In this document: positions 43,229-57,400 of the stretch, piece after piece
How the letters are laid out: each line of letters opens with the position of its first letter
How positions within the stretch are numbered: position 1 is the first letter of the stretch
NCBI RefSeq assembly: GCF_032062105.1
Contig: NW_026923345.1
Location: 124,001-188,000, forward strand
Origin: Saccostrea cucullata
Taxonomy: Eukaryota
DNA: 64,000 bases
Direction of reading: 5' to 3'
Notes under the pieces: generated by a model
Told to the model about the DNA's origin: nothing
The model's input: only the letters and a program-made list of their open reading frames with translations
Databases searched by the model: none
Program-made: the position numbers and the translations under genes

Positions 43229-44856
43229 AAACAAGAGGCTCACGGGCCTTATAGATCACCTGAGTATCACGTAACAGCTTTCCAACAATTGAATTTTGGT
43301 TTACGTTTTAATCCAAAGGCCATGAAATTCATAATTTTGAAAGAGGCACCATTGTTTATCATAATTAGACACTTAGCATGCTTACTTTGACTACTTAATA
43401 CCCAGAGGTAGATCAGAGTATGAAAATTAGCGACATCAATCAACCAAACTTGTAAGAGATTTATTAGGACCTGACACCCCAAACCACACTTATAGTAGAT
43501 ATATATATTTTTTTTTTGCATAGAGCAGATAAATTTGAATTATGCAAGTAGTTAAGTAGTTGTAGAGTGTTTCGCTGTTAAGTATAGCCTCATCAGGGGT
43601 CACAGACATAAATCATGATGTTCATTTTAGGTGAGACCTGATTATCTCGTCACCTACGTTCTTGTGTTTGCTGTAAACAATAAATATGATTGGTTGAGAA
43701 TTAAATAAAATTGTGCATTCTGGATTTCTAAGAATGACATTCCAATATTTCAGAATTCGTTTTTTTCAGTCTTTATATGCAAGGGTTAAATTTAGTAAAC
43801 CGTGAAATGCATTTCCACTTTATAACAACCAGTTGTGCACCCCACCCCACAGGAACCACTGAGCTTGGGGCCACGTATTTCAAAATTTTATCATAAATTT
43901 TATTTGATCATAAATGTTGATTAATACCCAATTTCAAAGCAGATTTCAAAGCATTAATATATTTTCAGACTATGAAACCAACTAACCCCCATATCCCTGA
44001 CCCAGGGGCCCTGAAATTAACCATTTTGGAAGAGGCACCTTTCTTCATCATAAATATGTACTTAGATCATTGGCATATAATACCCAGGAGCAAAGGAAAA
44101 GATTTTCATAGAATTCATGCATTTTCACTTTTTATCATTAGAGCCCCACCCTAACACCAGAACCCCTGACCCAGGGGCCCTGAAATTCACAAATTGAAAG
44201 AAGCATCCTTCCTCATCATTACTGTGTACATGTACATAGTTCATTGGTTTAATACCAAGGAAGAGAAGAGAAGATTTTTCAAAAAATTTTTGTATTTTCA
44301 CCATATAATCAATAGAGCCCCACCCTACCAACAGAACCACTGACCCAGGGGCCATGAAATTCACAATTTTAGAAGAGGCATTCTTCCATGCTCATTATAA
44401 CTATATGTACATGTACTTGGTTAGTTTGTTTAATACCCAGGAGCAGAGAAGAAGATTTTCAAAGAATTTATGCAGTTTTCAGTTATAATCAATAGCTAGA
44501 GCCCCACCCTAACACCAGAACCCCTGACCTTGTGGCTATGAAATTCATAATTTTGGTAGAGGACTCAATGCTGATTACAATCATGCCAACAATCTGACTG
44601 CTTAATGTCCAGCCGAGCAAAGGAGAAAATGTTTAAATATTGCATTAAATTTAGTGGTTTTGGCCCCAACCCTCAAGTCCCAGGGGGCAGGGCCTATGAA
44701 ATATCACAATTTTTGTTCCCCTTTACCCATAGATGCTTTGTGCGTTGAATATGGTTGAGCGGTTGCAGAGAAGAAGTTAAAATTGTTCAAATGTTAACAC
44801 ATGATGGATGTTGACGCTCCACGACAAGAAACGGATACCAATAGGTCACCTGAGTT
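43229..44856 (+). mobile_element. Helentron-type non-autonomous element with ~175-bp internal tandem units
   Basis: Same ends as 32798-33583; repeated agagccccaccctaacaccagaacccctgacccagggg. Confidence 0.7.
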
Positions 44857-45107
44857 TACATGTACCAAGGGCCACAACTCTCACAATTACAAATGGTAAA
44901 TACTTAAACCTTTAAATATTGAAAATTTAACTTTGGCCATTTCAACAATTTTATTAATTTCTCTTAATTTATACCCTTTTAAGCAGGTTTAGCCAATCTT
45001 GAATTCTCTATACCCAAGGATACTTTGTGCAAAGCTTGGTTGAAATTGGCTGAAATCTCTTTAAGTGAACCACAAAGGAGCTAATAACAAACTACATACA
45101 GGCATCG

Positions 45108-46879
45108 CCCAAGTCAAAGTGAACTGCTTATTTTAGCAGTTTATAAACAGTTATTAGGCAGTCTGGCAATTTTTTGGCAGTTTTTAGGCAGTTCTTAACA
45201 GTCTTAGTCTTAGCATTCCTTAAAACTGCTTACAGACTGGTTAAAAAACTGCTAAGAATTTGTGTAAGCAGTTCAGTATTGAACAAACTCAAGCAGTCAA
45301 ACAAGCAGTTTCTCAAAACTGCTAAAAGTGCAACTAATTCATTTCGACTTACAAGAAGTAATACAACACTTTTTCACTCTTGGTGGTCCTAACTTTCACT
45401 AGCCTTTATGTTCTTAGTGTAGTCTACTATCATTACTGCCCATGTGTTACTGTTAATGCTTCCTGATGATAACATCACAAATAGGTGGGGGCCAGGCAGG
45501 AGTTTCTTATACAGAAAATAAAATTAAAAAGAAAAAAATATATCCTAAAAATCTTACTAGAAATGATACAATAGTTTATAATAAATTGAGGCTTCATATT
45601 ATAAAAAGCAAGTGCATATGAGCTTCTAATCTTTATCCCATCAACTTGCAAATCCAGTCCTCTAGTTACATTAACAACCTGCTGTGTCCCCCTTGGTTGC
45701 TTGAAACGAAAGGGTTGTATCCAATGAGGAAAGCCAGTCAAGATTTGTGCGCCTTTTCCACATCAGTTCAAAATTACAAATTGTGAAGATGTTTGTGATG
45801 GTCTGGAATATTATATATATTTATACCCATACAGTGAAGAAGTAAAATAGGCTTTGGAAAATACAATTATCTGTGATCACCACATTGGATTGGATGTGAA
45901 CATAATATTTAGTGACAATTAAGTGTATCTGAATTAATTTCCATGAGATGGGAGATCATTATTATAAAAATCTGGTCATACATGCATATAGCAACAATGG
46001 AATTGGGTGATAGGAAAATTTTTAAAAGATTTGTTGGCAGTAAAGTATGCTTCAGAAAATATGGTAAGTGTGAGGGCTTGTGATATATTTATAGTCATCC
46101 CCTCTCTCATTTTGGATAACTATTAAATAATAAAATGTATAATCTAGTTTGTATTTTAATTCTTTGTACTTAATATAAATTCAAAATATTTGCAGATAAA
46201 TTTAAGCTACCGATAGAGGGATCTGTAGATTAGTCCACTGTATTAACAAAGCTCTAAAGTTGCCACTCGTTTATGCACGAAAATGGACTTAATGAAATGA
46301 CTTATTTACAATTCATACCTGATCTAAATCTCAATACTAATTAAGTTAAATTCCCATATGTGATGTTATTTTTTCAATAAATCACCCTGGAAGCATCATA
46401 AAATTATATGCATTTTTGTATTCATATATTATGTACCATATATGGGTGGTGTTATCTTCTTATAAGTAGACAAGAATAGTGCTTATAGCATTTTTTTTAC
46501 CGGTTTTTATAAAGCAGTTAATAAATTTTCAAATTTATATGTAGGTCACTCAGAGTCATTTCCATATAAGTAGCGCAAACGAAAGGAAACACCTTTAGCA
46601 GTTGTTTAGCAGTTTTTAAGCAGTTCTCCTTAACCTTCCTATTGACTGCTAAGATACTGCTATTAGGAAACTGCTAAGCAACTGCTAAGTTACTGCTAAT
46701 GAACTGGCTAAGTACTGCTTAAATTGTGGACTGCTACTTGAAAACTGCCTAATGATCAGTATGACAAAAACCTTCTTCCACCAAAAGGAGAAGGCTAGTA
46801 AACTGTCTAAGAACTGCTAAAGCACTGAACTGTTAAGGTTAAAAAACTGCTAAAGAACTGCCTTCCACTTTGACTTGGG
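45108..46879. mobile_element. Non-autonomous CACTA/EnSpm-like DNA transposon
   Basis: 14-bp TIR cccaagtcaaagtg / cactttgacttggg; dense subterminal agcagtt/aactgct motifs at both ends; TSD unclear. Confidence 0.6.
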
Positions 46880-46924
46880 GATCATCACATCAAACATGCA
46901 TGAGTAAAAACAAATTTACATTAA

Positions 46925-48136
46925 GGGGGGACCTATGTCTGAAAAGTCTTTGTGTGAAATTTTCGAAATTTTGATATTTCCTTCCAGACCACTTGCTCTT
47001 AATTTTTAGGTATTAAAAACAATACCTTTATATGCTTATTTTTACACGGGAGCACGTGCCAAAACAGTGTGAAATGCTAAAAATAGATTATTTTCAGTCA
47101 TTATTGTTCTTCCCCAAATATGCGCTAAAAAGAACCAAAAATGTCAAATCATATTCAAAATCAGCACTTATTTAATTTATATGACTTGTATCTTTAAAAT
47201 GGAGGCAAATTCATTGAAATCCATCTCGCATGAAAAATTATAATGGAGCACAATGTAAGTATTACCCAATTTTTCTTGTCGTATTTTTTACAATTCCGAC
47301 ATGCATAACAGGTAATATCTTAAAAAGTCTTTGTGTGAAAATTTTGTAATTCATGTTTTTTGAAAGAAATGATTCGTCTCTTTATTTCAACAAAGAAAAA
47401 AGTATACCTTTATGATAAAATAAACGAGAAATATGACGTTTCCTTTTATTTTTGTACTCTTGTGTCATAAATATTGACCTTTCTGCACTAAAAAAGGGTA
47501 AGTAAGCACTGACAAATACCTGAATATAAAACTATTTTGCGGAAAAAGAGTATTTTGTTTTGATTAGAAACAATTTAAATAGATAATTTTTTTTCTACAT
47601 TCCATTCATTCTGTTTCTCTCTCCCCCCCCCCCCCATTTCCCCGTCAACAAACAATGCCTATTAGAACCTAGGAATGACTTTATACAATAAAATCTACAT
47701 GTACTATATAAATCAATGAGCAAATATACACCCGTACAAGTACATTTCTTAATTTTTTTCTTAGTTTTCTCCAGAAAATCGATTAATGGTAATTATAAAA
47801 TTAAACATTTTCCCCTGATTTAAGCCGCTTTCTTTCCTGAATTTTATCTCTTTTTTGCACTATTATATCAGCATATTATCGGGGTATTTTTTCACAACAG
47901 AAATTGCTATGAATTATCAACCAAATGAAGAGAATTCTAATATTAACAAACTCCATAAATCAAATAAAACTGTGATTAATATTGAATAAATTTTCCTATT
48001 TGTAAATTTTGTACGTAATTGATTATCAACAATGTTATGCCTATATCACAGTTGCAAAAGTCAACAGGTAAAAACAAACGTCTCTATTGTGACGTCACAT
48101 AACGCTGCCTTGACGTAGAACGACATAGGTCCCCCC
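46925..48136. mobile_element. TTAA-targeting non-autonomous transposon with purine-start ends (Kolobok- or Sola3-like)
   Basis: ttaa|ggggggacctatgtc ... gacataggtcccccc|ttaa. Confidence 0.75.
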
Positions 48137-49154
48137 TTAAGGCATCTTGTTAGGTATAAGTTAGGCAAAGTCTCAAATCCCTAGAGGGATCGTCCAACAG
48201 GAAAAAACTTGCTCAAAAAACAAATCTATATATAGTCTCTCCTTCTGAAATTATAGGTATACCCTTTTGTAAGAATTTTAACTTTAGATTAATTTGTGTG
48301 GATTTGATTTTGCACGAACCTTGTGTTATAAAGCAGTATTATTTTTGGTATATCTGGTAGTGAACATTCCCAGATTGAACATGGGTTTAATGCAGGTATG
48401 GCTTTTGTTGCTTGAACATAGACCTGGTGACACTCCTTAACTGAAACTCCCTATATAACCTTAACTTAAAGGTGAACTAGAAAGGAATTTGAGACTGCTG
48501 CACACAAAATCCTAAGTCCAGGTACAAGTTCAAATTTTGAATATGAAGACTTAGTAATACAGAATAGATTTATTTCATAATTCATTTACATGTATGTATG
48601 TTTAGAGTAAATACCGGTAAAAGCACTATGAAAACAAGAATGTGTTTGTGAAAAACTGATGCCCTCATATGGCAGCTCATGGCAAAAGTAAGTGTTTCAA
48701 AAGTAGGTCAAACTTAAGGCTGTCAGGTTAAAAGTGTGGTGACCAAAGAAGGTGATGTCCAAAGAATACATAAGTGAAATATGAAAGCCCAGTTGCACCA
48801 ACCATTCAAAAGATAAAGTTTTACTTAAGTACATGTTGGTCAAACATAATGAATTCTAAACTGCATGTGTGAGGTAAAAAAAAAAAGAAAGACAATGTTA
48901 CAATTAAGGGATGCAAATGAAATATGAAATCCTTAAAACCGTCTGTTCAAAAGTTATGGCCAAAGTTAATTTTGCAGACACTCACAGAGAAAGGAATAGA
49001 GTCAATAGACTAAAAACTATACACTTTCAGATCTCCAATAATGGAGGTAAAATAAAGAATCATACATGTATTATAACAATCACATTATTTAATAATTTTT
49101 TATCATGTAAAGTTCTGTGGTAATAAAATATACTCTGGTTATATATTATACAAA

Positions 49155-50672
49155 ACTAGAAAACTGACCAGTCAGCATTGAGGGCCCCGCCATGGGGTAG
49201 AATTAAAAAATACTAAAATCTAAAAATTTTTTGAATACAACCAGCAACTGTATTCTTAAAATTTCAAGATAATTCCTGAATATTCAAAAACCTGAAAATA
49301 ATATCCTTGTATTTACATTAGCCCATAAAACAACTTAAAATTGAATGTATATTTAAACAATTATGAAGCTTATGTTTATAAAATGGATTCAATGAAAAAA
49401 TATCATGAAGGCTTAAAACAGCAGTTTGCAAAGGTTTTCATTAATCTTAAAGTGACACTTATAGAAAATTAATTTTGGCAGCATTATGATATTAATTCAA
49501 GGGATTAATTATACTCTCTCATCATTTTCTTCTTATATATATGCCACAAACAAAATATAATGTACTTTATATATATTTTTTGAATGATTTTCTTTGAAAT
49601 GACATAAATAATAAATCTGAAATATAAAGAAATCGCAGGTTTTCCTCTGCAACATGTAGATTTTATGTCTATATAATTCCATGAAATTTTTGACAATTTT
49701 TTAACCTTATCACAAAATCTGATATAATTTAGAATCTAACTTGGTAAACAGGTTCAGGTTGTCAATTTAAATGTAAATCTATGAGAAATAATGCTGATTT
49801 CTGAAAAAAGTTTGTTTGTGTTATTCATCCTTAAGTTACAATAAGAACTTTTTCAGTATTTGTCCTGTTTTATACAACTATCCTAAAAATTAATAATATT
49901 CTTGAATTAACATAAAGTGAAAAAAGTAAATCAAAAAATCTTCTTTAATCTATTTCTTGTTATTAGAATTCAATGAAATCATAACTATAAAACAAAAATA
50001 AATTATAAAAAATTATATTTAAATCCACATTTCAGAGTGTTCATAGCATTCCAAATTGACTTAACTTCAAAACAAACTTCATTTGCAGACAGAGGTGGTA
50101 ATTCATCTCAATTTCACAGATAAAGGTAATGCTCTGGATTTTCTTCAGGAGGAAAGCTAATTAATCCCAAGGGACTCATAGCAGCATTCAATTTACAATG
50201 GGAACATCTTCAGCAGTTATCTCTCTTTGCCAATGCTTTCGTAAATAAAGTTAAGGAATCTACCCCACCACCCCAGCTCCAAACCAGGGGACATAGAGAA
50301 CCAAACTTAGCATCAAAATATGTATTTCTGCCTACTGAACTAACATACCAAATTTGTACTTGATTGGGCAACCATAAAAAAAAGTTGCCCATTCATTCTT
50401 ATGCATAGTTAAGGAATCTACCCCACCACCCCATCTCCAAACCAGAAGACATAGAGAACCAAACTTAGCATCAAAATATGTATTTCTGCCTACTGAACTA
50501 TCATACCAAATTTGAACTTGACTGGGCAACCATAAAAAAAGTTATTAGAAAAAAACAGAAAATTTGTGGACGGAAGAGTGACAGACGGACAGACAGACAG
50601 ACAGACAGACGGACAGACGGACGGACAGAGTGATTACTATAGGGCACCCGCAAATCCTTGCGGGGCCCTAAT
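49155..50672 (+). mobile_element. Helentron-like ends (aactag...gggccccgc / ccgcaaatccttgcggggcccta) with ~138-bp tandem pair and (GACA/GACG)n
   Basis: Terminal hairpin 50642-50670, microsatellite 50580-50630, duplicated unit 50249-50540; 49200-49570 resembles 50700-51030. Confidence 0.55.
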
Positions 50673-51225
50673 AAACATGTTTTATCACGAACACCAGGTA
50701 TAACAAAAAATACTAAAATCTAAGAACTTTTTTGTACAACCACCAATAGATTACCAGTTTGAGGACATTTATAAAAAAAATGTACAGATGACCTCACTGG
50801 GAAAAAATATTATGCCCATAAAACATACATATTGTCATTTTTAAATATCATGGTTATTGGATTCATGAAAAAAAAACAAGGGCTAATGCATAGTTTGCAA
50901 GGGAATTTCATTTCAAACATCTCACTTATACAAATTAATGGAAGACATTATGATATTTTCAATACATATACAGCTCCTTTTCAATTATATATATGCCCCA
51001 ATGTAAATATAAAGTACTTTAATAATTTGTTACTACATTCTCTGTACCACTAATATGTTATCTAATTAGCTCTGGACTCTGCTACATGTAACATGTCAAC
51101 ATGAGATACAGTGTAAACAGTTTCTCACTGCTAAAGAACTCTATCTTGGACAACCACAACAATATGACATTTAGAAAAAAAAATATTATAATAATATGTC
51201 AGAACACAAGACTAGTATTCCGGGA

Positions 51226-51461
51226 CACTCAGAAGTTTACCACTTGTCCTGTTTGGTACCACTCAGAAATTTACCACTTGTCCCACTGGTACCACTCAGA
51301 AGTTCACCACTTGTCCTGTTTGGTACCACTCAGAAGTTCACCACTTGTCCTGTTTGGTACCACTCAGAAGTTCACCACTTGTCCTGTTTGGTACCACTCA
51401 GAAGTTCACCACTTGTCCTGTTTGGTACCACTCAGAAGTTCACCACTTGTCCTGTTTGGTA
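51226..51461 (-). repeat. 34-bp minisatellite, 7 copies, made of the last codons plus stop codon of the oxidoreductase
   Basis: Unit on - strand TACCAAACAGGACAAGTGGTGAACTTCTGAGTGG = YQTGQVVNF* plus 4 nt. Confidence 0.95.
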
Positions 51462-54400
51462 AGACTCCACTGCTTTATCTATGATCTGGGACACCATTAA
51501 GCATTCTTCTTTTGTTATAAGAGGTTTAACTTCACCTAAAAGTATTCAACAGCACCTTAGTTAATTAAAGCATTTCATTGTGAAATTCTGAGTTCTCATA
51601 TACATGGATACAATAACACATGCCATTAATATTGTCTAACATCACAAGTACAAATTTGTCAGTGTTAAGGTTTAATTATATACAAAAGCTATTATAGTAG
51701 ATCTTAGTCTTTTTAAAACTTGGCCAATGTCTATAAATTTTGTATTTTAGGAATAAAATGCAAATCTCATTCACTTCCCTATTCTAACTAAATCAACACA
51801 TTGTACCATATAATACACATGGTCCAAACGAAAGATCAAGAAGATCATCACAAACACAAGTACATCTTTTTTACTGGATTTAAGAAGTTTTTTTTTTAAA
51901 TATTAAGGACCCCCCTTCCAACTCAAAGACACAGGGATTATTATTTTCTAATAAACAATTGTAATTTGTTTCCCTGGAAATGGAATATTAAAAGACATAA
52001 TCAGCCATTATGGTTACCTATGATTATCTCAAGAGTTTTTACAGAAACTGTTTCAGTAAAACATACTTATAGTAAAGACTAAAGGAACATGAACAATTCT
52101 GATTCATCATAAATGTAATTCATTATTCATGTAAACAAGTTTATAATGATTTTCAAAACCACAGAGAATGAAAATCACTTAGCTGGATAAGGGATGAATT
52201 CATAACTACCTGCAAGACAGCTATAGAAATGGGACACAGCAGTTGCAAAAGCTTTCTCAAATCTCTGGGGGAAGGAGTAATGTAGCGGGGGCATATTTGA
52301 GCCCTCTAAATAATCCACACAGAATGAGGACCTCCGAGGGTTGTCGGCCATTGCCATTCCCTTTGTACCAAATAACTACAAAAAATTAAATATAGCAGTA
52401 AAATAAATCTCTGCAATAATATATTTCATATGGATGAAAACAAGATGTGTTTCATGGTGGAGGTTCATGTTTCTCAAATGTGAGTCAAATTCCAAGGAAA
52501 AGAGTGCATAAATGTTGAAATCTAAAGAAAGTCTTGTTACAAGGAAATGAAAGCCCTAGTTATAGCCAAGATAAAAATTTAGTAAACTTTTTTAAAAATG
52601 GGTCAAACTTCAAGGTCAAGAGTCAAATATGTTGGTACTAAAAGGTAGGTCTTGTCACAAGAAATATACAAATCAAATATGAAAGCCACAGTTTCAGTTT
52701 CGGGCAAGACCCGACAAGTTAAAAGTTTTTGAGGACAAATAGATAAGGCCATAATAAAAATATTCCTAGATTCTCATCCCCGCCCGCCCCGATTTTATAC
52801 CCCCGCCTCGATTTTTTTTATTTCTGTTTTTCTTCATCTTAATTCTGATCGGGATCGGTATTCATCTACCATTCTACTTTCGTTTTTAATCCCGCGAAAG
52901 TCAACATGATTTTGACAGCTGAAAAGACGGTGTAATACATGCATATATATTTTGAACAGGGGTCATTGGTTGAAAAAGATTGGTGAAGATGTGAAGTAAG
53001 AGAATCAGATAATTGAACCTTTACTTTGACTTTTATTCGGGTATTGTAGATAAAATTACACCGATTGACCAGGTCAATAAAAAATCTACAAAATTGAAAA
53101 AATAAAAAATATAAAAATAAAAGCCGCCCGCCCGCCTCGATTTTTAAAAAAATTCAGATGAGAATCTAGCAATTTATTTATTATGGCCTAAATAAACAAA
53201 TGGATGGATAGAACAAACATTAGGTAATCAGAGGTTATAACAGAGCTCACCTCAACGAATGTTGTCATAGCCATATACACACTCTCTAAACATACCTCAG
53301 CTCTGATATCGTAACGCCAAATTCACAAAAATGAGCTAAACATAGTTTCACAGTCATAAACTCATTCAATTGCTAAACTATAGTTTACGGACTGTAAACT
53401 ATAGTTAACAACGTTAATCTATATTTAACATATGTAAACCATTAGTTAACGTGATAATCTATGTTTCAGAATCGTAAACTATACTTAACACTGAAAACAA
53501 TCATTTGCGATTGCAAAACATAGATTATCTGATAAATACAGTTTCACAATTTGTAAACTATGGTTTACAACTCTTTAGTTAATGATCTGATAAATATAGT
53601 TTCACGATTTGTGAAACTATGATTAACAACTCTTAACTATATAGTTCACGGTTGTAAATTATAGTTTACAGACATGTATCTATGATTATCAACAAAATCT
53701 ATTATTAACGTTTTATTACAGACAGATAAACTAAGATGAATTCAAACTATAGTTAACAACTGTTAAATATAGTTTTACAGATATATAAGTTAACGAATTG
53801 TTAACTATTGTTCATGGTTTGTAAACTATAGTTTACAGTCGATAAACCTAGTTTATCAACTGTGAAACTATGTTTATAGCTCATTTCTGTGAATTTGGCT
53901 TGCCATACATATATACACACTCTCTGAACATACCTCAGCTCTGATGTCATAACCATATACACACTCTCTAAACTAACCTCAGCTCTGATATCATAGCCCT
54001 ATAAACACTCTATAAACATACCTCAGCTCTGATATCGTAGCCGTATACACACTCTCTGAACACATCAATGGTGGCAATCATTCCATTTTCAAACTTTACA
54101 CAAATGACCCCAGCATCAGGCTCCTTAATCTTCTGAAGCATCTCGTCTCGGATATGTGTCATGACAAACACTGATCTTGGCTTAGAACAGGATGTTAACC
54201 AAACCATCATGTCAACGTCATGTACGGCCATGTCAGAAATCAGGTTACAACCAGTGCTGTCTAAATATAAGCAACAGATTTAATTACATTACTTATAGGT
54301 AAAAGTTTGGAGTTCAGAACATATAATTGCAAAAATTTTTTAAAAAGATCTATGAAATATATTACCGTATAAGTAGAATTTTTAGCGAGGATTTAATTTT

Positions 54401-57400
54401 GGCATTATTAGCGATGGTGCAATTGAATATCACTAAAAATTAATTGCGTATTATTTGTATAAGTTTCTTTAGTTATTATTTTAAAATCGCTAAAATAACT
54501 TATCGCTAAAAATAAAATACCAGATTTTAGGTAGAAATCGCTAAATTTGCATCTCGCTAAAATTTCCACTGATACAGCATCTCTTTGGCAACGGGAAAGG
54601 GGGGGGGCAGGTAATTTAAAAGAGGCTTATGTCATCTGAATCCATTTTTATGTTCACGAATATTTATGCCAAATATTTTTCCCCAAAGGTTTGGGTAAAA
54701 GACTCTAAAGAATAAGTCAATTTGTGAAAATCAAACCAAAATTAGAAATATGCCCATAGGACATGAATGCCCCACCAAGGGTATATCAGTAATGCAACCT
54801 GAAAATTTGTACACATTTAATTGTATGAAGTTTGATCAGAATGTCTTGAATAGTTTCTTTAAAACTGAAATTATAATCTAAGAAATTGGATAAATATGAT
54901 TTAAATTCTCACCAAATTATGTGCAAGTGCAAAAGCTTACATAAAATATCTTAAATGATTTCTTTAAAACTAAGCGAACTGCAAATTAAAAGAAAAGTGA
55001 GGTCAAGGTGATGTCAAGAAAATATGTCAAAGGAAAATAAAAATTGACGCAGTTGAATAGCTTTCATTAATGTGTATTAGCATATGAAGTTTGATAACAC
55101 TATCTTGAATGGTTTCTTTAAAACTTAGCTAAATATTCTCATTAAAGAAGAAGAGAAACATAGGTAATCAGAGATTACAGAGCTCACCTCAACGAATGTT
55201 GTCTTTAAGTTAGACAAAGTCACACAATTAACCAACAAAAAATGTACATCCAAAAATGCAAAATTTTTGCAATTTTGATCTGATACTTTGGAATAGATCT
55301 ATATAAAAACTTTAACCTAGTTCTTCGTCATGAAAATGTAATTAAAATCCAGCATCTGAAGCAAGTTTGAGAGTTTTCATCCCTTGATGCATCATTTTTG
55401 CAAGTTTGGTTTATATAAGCCTTAGAGTTTCTTGGTAATAGACCTGCACCCATAACTTTTACCTAGTCAATTATCTGGAAACTGTATGTCGAATTCAGAA
55501 TTCGAAGCAAGTCCATTAGTGTGCATCCTAAGATGTATCATCCATGCAAGTTGCTCAACATAGGGCTCATAGTTACTTGGAAATGAGACCTGCACCAAAA
55601 ATGTTAACCTGTTCACTCATGCGGAAAATGTACCGGGTAGGTCAGATTCTGCATCCAAAGCCAGCCTGGTAGAATGCATCCTTAGATGTATCATCCATGC
55701 AAATTTGGTCATTAAAGAGCTCATAGTTACTTGGAAATGAAACCTGCACCAAAAACTTTAACTTGTTCACTCATCCAGAAAATGTAGGTCAGATTCAGCA
55801 TCCGATGCCAGCCTGGTAGTATGCATCCTTAATTTATCATCCATGCAAGCTTAGTCATTATAGGGCTCATAGTAACTTGGAAATGAAACCTGCACCAAAC
55901 ACTTTAACCTGTTCACTCATCCAGAAAATGTAGGTCAGATTCAGCATCCGAAGCAAGTCTGGTAGAATGCATCCAAAGATGTATCATCCATGCTAGTTTA
56001 GTTGTAAAAGGGCTCATAGTATCTTGTAAATGAAACCTGCCCCAAAAACTTTAACTTGTTCACTCAACCAGAAAATGTAGGTCAGATTCAGCATCCGAAG
56101 CAAATCTGGTAGTATGCATCATCCATGCAAGTTTGGTCATAATAGTGCTCATAGTTACTTGTAAATGAGACCTGCACCAAAAACATTAACCTGTTCACTC
56201 ATGCGGAAAATGTAGGTCAGATTCAGCATCCGAAGCATGTCTGGTAGTGTGCATCCTAAGATGTATCATCAATGCAAGTTTGGTCAACATAGGGCTTATA
56301 GTTACTTGGAAATGAGACCTACACCAAAAACTGCAGCAAAAATGTTAACCTGCTCAAAAAACATTAAGCTGGTCATTCCTTTGCTGAAATTGCAGCATCT
56401 GAAACCTTGAATGGTACAATGAAACACACTAGAAGCATCTTCCATGCATGTCTAATCAATATAGGACATAGAAGTATACTTCAAAAGAAAACTGCTCCAA
56501 AAAACTTAACCTTAACCTGGAACGCCGACACCCACACCGAGGGTATCACATAAGCTCCCCCAACTTTGTTGAGGTGAGCTAAAAATGAAGCAATGGTAAA
56601 AGGAAGGGTCAAGGTAAAAAAATGTTGATACAGTTGAATAGCTCTCATCAACAAGTATCAGCGTATAAAGTTTATTAATACTATCTTGAATGCTTTCATT
56701 TAAACTAAGCTAAACACTTATTCAAGAAAAGTGAGTTCAAGGTCAAAGTAAATGTCAAGGATTAGAAAAATGTTGATGCAGTTGAATAGCTCTCATCAAT
56801 ATGTATCAGCATCTGAAGTCTAATAAAAATATCTTGAACAGTTTCTTTGAAACTGAGCTGAACACAAAGCAGGCCGGAAGGACAGACAGAAGATGGACAG
56901 AACAAACTCTATATGCCTCAGACATACCGGTATTCATAAAAAATATATTGACAATTTAGACATGCAATCATAAAAGCTCACTTCAGCCTTTTTACTCAGG
57001 TGAGATGAAATAAGGACAAACTTCTAACCAGCATTAGACAGGAATTCGTATGAGGGTTTAGGATTATCTCGAGAGGTGAGTCTAATTAACTGCAGCTCCC
57101 CCAAACGTCCACTCAGGGCTGTTTCTTTTAGTTCAGAAAAAGCTGAATCAAATCTCCTGAAAATGATAGAAAGGTCTATTGCAGTAAATGTTAAAAGGTC
57201 ATTAAAGTTGTTTTACTGATAAGTAAGAAAAAATATATATATATATATGCATTTCAAGTCTATATATATTACATTCCATTTTTTCCTTATCATTGTTTCA
57301 TGGACATAATTTAATACATGTAAAGAGATAAGTCACTTTGATTATTAACTAACAGACATATTTAATCAAGAGGCCTATGGGCCACATCCCTCACCTGAGT

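Noticed and set aside
51101-51484. 127-aa and 88-aa + strand ORFs
   Set aside because: Antisense translation of the stop-codon array.
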